Shown here one piece after another: positions 60,658-64,000 of a stretch of 64,000 nucleotides of DNA. The DNA comes from Macrostomum lignano. Lineage: Eukaryota. The first letter of the stretch is position 1. Every line of letters starts with the position of its first letter. The notes beneath the pieces are model-generated. The model was not told the DNA's origin. It worked only from the letters and a program-made list of their open reading frames with translations, and searched no databases. Made by a program: the position numbers and the translations under genes. The stretch covers positions 186,001-250,000 of the forward strand of contig NIVC01001463.1 in NCBI GenBank assembly GCA_002269645.1. Direction: 5' to 3'.

Positions 60658-61073
60658 GCAATTAGATAATAGCATGCACGGTAAGCAATTATTTAGGCCC
60701 TAGACAAACCTACTTGGAGCGTTCGGAGATTTTAAAGCTATTAATCCTAATCGCCTATCGCCGGTCGGCGAGTTCTACCAGTCTTCTCCAATAGCCGCAG
60801 GTACAGTACAAGAAAATAAAGAACACGAGGGAACACAACCGAAAGATTTAGAGAGTGATAATGCCTCCATTTCTCTTAGGCTCTTTTGTGAGCCTGGAGT
60901 GAAATGGGTGTTAGCCATCCACCCCTCGCGCTGTACTTTGTGCCGCCTTTGTGCTCCGTCCTCTCTACCCCCCGTGGGGTGGGGGGGGGGTTTGCTCACC
61001 CGCTTATTTATTTGCACGCCGCCCTCTGTGCCCCGTCGCTCGCTTTGGCTTTGCAGCTCAAAATTTTACCATT

Positions 61074-62138
61074 ATGGAAAGTGCACGCAATTTTACAACT
61101 AAACAGCTCAAACAAGAGCTAGCTCAGCGAGGCCTCTCACAAGCTGGTCGTAAACAACAACTCTATGAGCGTCTACACAGACACCTGCGTGCTATGTCTG
61201 AGTATCCAGCTGCAGCAAAAAGTGACGACGCAAGCCTCAACTCAGACACCATCGACGGTGGACATTCGACGGGTGGACACGGAGCTTCAGGGAGCGCGGC
61301 GAGCGACCTGGCGGCTCTGAGGAAGGAGGTCGAGCAGCTGGAGATTGAAGCCCTGACTCGGCGCCGCGCACAACTGCAAAGCGAGCTCAATCAGTCGCAG
61401 AACCACCGGTCTCAGGAACCCCCACAACAAGGTGAGCGGAGAGAAAATGCTGGCTTGCATGAGGCGTTTTTGTTAGGCGGCGCTCTTACAGATCCCGGCA
61501 GAAGCCAGTGTGACAAAAAGACTAGCAGGGCTTATCTGATTCGCGATTTTGTCAAGCCCAGTTCAAATCAACCTAATGAGAGCCTCACAGCCTGCATGGA
61601 GAACGGGAACCTGGTCTTTAAGAAGCAGCCACCCAGCTTGGGGAAAATCTCTGTCGGCCAGTGGATTGCAGGGAACTCTAAGATTTTGCTTCGACTAGTT
61701 GATGATGGGTCGCTGATTCACATTAATGAGGATGGATCTGTCAATGTTGACGAACTAAAAGGCTATCTGGAGTACTCACAGAAGATCGGCGAGCTCTTAG
61801 ACGCTAACTACAGCCCAAGTGTCGTGTGGGAATTCGATGAGGATTACAGAAAGTTGATCGCCGACTCGGATTCGCATCGATGGGGCTGCGAGCCTCCACA
61901 GCTGTACCACCGACACCTTAACGCACCAAGAAGCTTAAAAGTCACCCTAAGCAGACCAGCATCCAACCAGTCGCAAGCTCCCATCTGCCTAAGCTACAAC
62001 TCCCCTGCCGGCTGCCAGCGGTCCTCCTGTAGGTACCGTCACGTCTGCAAGCTGCGCGACTGCGGCCGGCCGCACCCCGCACACCAGCACCGTCCGGCCA
62101 GCGTCGGCGGCGACGCTGTGGAGGGAGCAAAAAACTAG
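61074..62138 (+). CDS. Element 2 Gag-like ORF1 (SAP, coiled coil, zinc fingers)
   Basis: MESARNFTTKQLKQELAQRGLSQAGRKQQLYERL; CLSYNSPAGCQRSSCRYRHVCKLRDCGRPHPAHQH. Confidence 0.87.
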   Translation: MESARNFTTKQLKQELAQRGLSQAGRKQQLYERLHRHLRAMSEYPAAAKSDDASLNSDTIDGGHSTGGHGASGSAASDLAALRKEVEQLEIEALTRRRAQLQSELNQSQNHRSQEPPQQGERRENAGLHEAFLLGGALTDPGRSQCDKKTSRAYLIRDFVKPSSNQPNESLTACMENGNLVFKKQPPSLGKISVGQWIAGNSKILLRLVDDGSLIHINEDGSVNVDELKGYLEYSQKIGELLDANYSPSVVWEFDEDYRKLIADSDSHRWGCEPPQLYHRHLNAPRSLKVTLSRPASNQSQAPICLSYNSPAGCQRSSCRYRHVCKLRDCGRPHPAHQHRPASVGGDAVEGAKN

Positions 62139-63895
62139 ATCTTTTTTATAGCCGCCCTGCTTTTAACCCCCGTTCGCCTTTACCTTTTATCTTGCCTCCA
62201 TCTGCTCATTGCCCTGCTCGCACCCTGCTCTCTCCACCGCGCCGCGCTCTGTCGTCCGACATGAACCTTGCCGCCTGGGAGCCGCTGCTTCTGGGTGACC
62301 AAGACGAAGATTTTCTTCGCAGCGGCCTTAGCTACGGCTTTCGGCTCATCAATAGATCGCCGCCTTTTCTTGCCCGCTCCGCCAACTACCGATCGGCCTT
62401 GGACCAAGCCAAGCAGGTTGGTGAACAGCTCGCCAAGGAGCTCCGTCTCGGCCGCTTGCAGCTCGCCAATGGCCCTGTCATGGTGAACGCCATCGGGGCG
62501 ATTCCAAAATCTGACGGCAGTGTCCGGGTCATTCATGACCTTTCTAGACCTTCGGGGTCCTCCGTCAACGACAGCTATGAGCAGGAAAAGGGGCTGCGCT
62601 TCGCCTCTGTCCAAGACCTGACCCGCTATCTTCGCCCAAACTCGTTTATCGGCAAAATCGACCTCAAGCAGGCCTATCGTTCCGTCGGTATTCACCCTGA
62701 CGACCAGGTGCTCACGGGCCTCAGCTGGCGGTTCTCTGCCGACAGCGATGACTCGGTGCTCGTTGACACTCGGTTGCCCTTTGGTGCTCGAGCGTCATGT
62801 GAGATTTTCCATCGCTTATCGGCCTGCATCAAGCGCCACATGTTCAGCATTGGCTTCACAGCTACCGTCAACTACTTGGACGACTGGGCAGTCGCCGGTG
62901 ATACTGAAGAAGCGGCTCAGGAGGCCTTCAATTATCTGGTTGATCTGCTGCAGAACTTAGGCTTCGACATCAACTGGCAGAAGACCGTGGCTCCAGCTCA
63001 ACACGTTGTGTTTCTCGGCGTGCTGGTTGACACTGTGAACGGCACCCTGTCACTTCCAAGCAACAAGAAAGACGACATTCGGAAACTGCTGAACGATTGC
63101 CTGTCATGTGACGTTGTTAAACTGAAGCAGCTCGAAAAACTGGCCGGTAAGTTGTGCTGGCTCAGCCAGATCAACAGGCTGTTGCGTCCTTTCCTGCGCC
63201 CGCTCTTCGACATCCTCAGCTGCAGAATGGACACCCGGCTGCCATCTGAGCTTCGCAACCTCTTCCTCTGGTGGCTGCGCGTCGTGAGTTCTCTGCCGCC
63301 GACGGTCATTCGCCCCCGTTTTCGTCAACTTGTGGCCATCGAATCTGATAGCAGTTGCGAGGGTGCTGCTGGCATCGTCTTTGGCAGCGAATTCAGTGAC
63401 TGGACGTACTTCAGCTGGGAGAAGGACTTTGAGAGCAAGTTCCGCGACCTTCACATCAACCACAAGGAGGCGCTGGCTCCGCTGCTTACCATCCTGCGCT
63501 TCCGCGAGCAGCTTAGGAACAGCCGCGTGGTGATTTACTCGGACAGCACTGCTGCCGTCGGCATGGTCAATAAGCTTTCCTGTCGGCATCCTCTGCTCAT
63601 TCGCATCTATCAGACCGTTGCTCTCGTGTGCCTCACGTCGGGAATTCAGCTCCAGGCGTTCCACCTTCCTGGCCAGATGCAGCTGCTGAGCGACTCCGCT
63701 TCTAGAATGGGGGGCTCGAGCAGAGAGCTCATTAATTTTTGCTGCCGTCTTTACGGCTCTTTATGCATTTGTCCTTTCGAATTTGCTTCCCACACCATTT
63801 CTGCCGTGTCTCGCACCGCTCTTCATTCGCAGGTCGCAGCCGCGCTCCGCTCCGCTCCACCGTGTCTGTGTCCGCTCTGTGCCGCCTGTCACTAG
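62129..63895 (+). CDS. Element 2 reverse transcriptase + RNase H (ORF2), open from the A-AAA-AAC heptamer in the -1 frame of gag
   Basis: RVIHDLS, KIDLKQAYR, RLPFGARAS, YLDD, LAGKLCWL; RNase H IESDSS, INHKEA, YSDS and SDSASR; no stop between 62129 and 63893. Confidence 0.9.
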   Translation, partial: KKLDLFYSRPAFNPRSPLPFILPPSAHCPARTLLSPPRRALSSDMNLAAWEPLLLGDQDEDFLRSGLSYGFRLINRSPPFLARSANYRSALDQAKQVGEQLAKELRLGRLQLANGPVMVNAIGAIPKSDGSVRVIHDLSRPSGSSVNDSYEQEKGLRFASVQDLTRYLRPNSFIGKIDLKQAYRSVGIHPDDQVLTGLSWRFSADSDDSVLVDTRLPFGARASCEIFHRLSACIKRHMFSIGFTATVNYLDDWAVAGDTEEAAQEAFNYLVDLLQNLGFDINWQKTVAPAQHVVFLGVLVDTVNGTLSLPSNKKDDIRKLLNDCLSCDVVKLKQLEKLAGKLCWLSQINRLLRPFLRPLFDILSCRMDTRLPSELRNLFLWWLRVVSSLPPTVIRPRFRQLVAIESDSSCEGAAGIVFGSEFSDWTYFSWEKDFESKFRDLHINHKEALAPLLTILRFREQLRNSRVVIYSDSTAAVGMVNKLSCRHPLLIRIYQTVALVCLTSGIQLQAFHLPGQMQLLSDSASRMGGSSRELINFCCRLYGSLCICPFEFASHTISAVSRTALHSQVAAALRSAPPCLCPLCAACH

Positions 63896-64000
63896 CGCCT
63901 AGTTCCAGGAAGTCCTATGCGAGCCGCTTACAAGTCTGGAACGAATTCTGCCGGCAGCGTCGAGTTCCCGCGACCGCCGCCTCCGAGTCTGATGTCTGCC
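63833..64000 (+). CDS. Element 2 tyrosine recombinase, N-terminal part (truncated by the window)
   Basis: GRSRAPLRSTVSVSALCRLSLAPSSRKSYASRLQVWNEFCRQR aligns with element 1 YAPQSRRAISSAVRSWHSFC. Confidence 0.75.

Larger units (their letters stand above)
60646..64000 (+). mobile_element. Tyrosine-recombinase retrotransposon (Ngaro-like), element 2; ORFs intact, runs off the window end
   Basis: Sequence turns abruptly AT-rich at TGTGATAAATAGG inside the element 1 YR; then G-rich/TATA-like leader, gag, RT/RNase H and the start of YR. Confidence 0.88.

Noticed and set aside
62141-62152. TTTTTTATAG acceptor just after the element 2 gag stop as a route to express RT
   Set aside because: Phase 2 relative to RT, so incompatible with the phase-1 gag donor; no equivalent site in element 1.

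Overview
Eukaryotic (metazoan) genomic DNA: GC-rich exons, AT-rich introns full of minisatellites, and canonical GT-AG introns. The motile-cilia genes, zinc-knuckle Vasa and repeat landscape are compatible with a ciliated invertebrate such as a free-living flatworm (inference only). Host genes whose exons I could join in frame: DNAI1 (5' part, minus) head-to-head with CFAP206; an orphan 102-aa ORF; a secreted protein with five 6-Cys repeats; SLC25A21; tRNA-Lys(CTT); EXTL3; GMPR; an LC3/ATG8 gene; MRPL42; and a divergent vasa/DDX4 with five CCHC knuckles. Interspersed are foldback MITEs with 8-bp TSDs, tRNA-derived SINEs (one with a CORE domain), a deleted Crypton-like element and many satellites. 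The last 7 kb hold two divergent tyrosine-recombinase (DIRS/Ngaro-type) retrotransposons, the second apparently inserted into the recombinase gene of the first. Both appear to share an expression strategy. (i) Gag begins with a SAP domain and ends in the identical A-AAA-AAC-TAG recoding signal; in element 1 this is followed by an 8-nt spacer and an H-type pseudoknot. (ii) A phase-1 splice donor in gag and a phase-1 acceptor at the head of the ATG-less recombinase ORF join in frame to give a SAP-coiled-coil-tyrosine-recombinase fusion. All calls are by eye; no database search or folding program was run.
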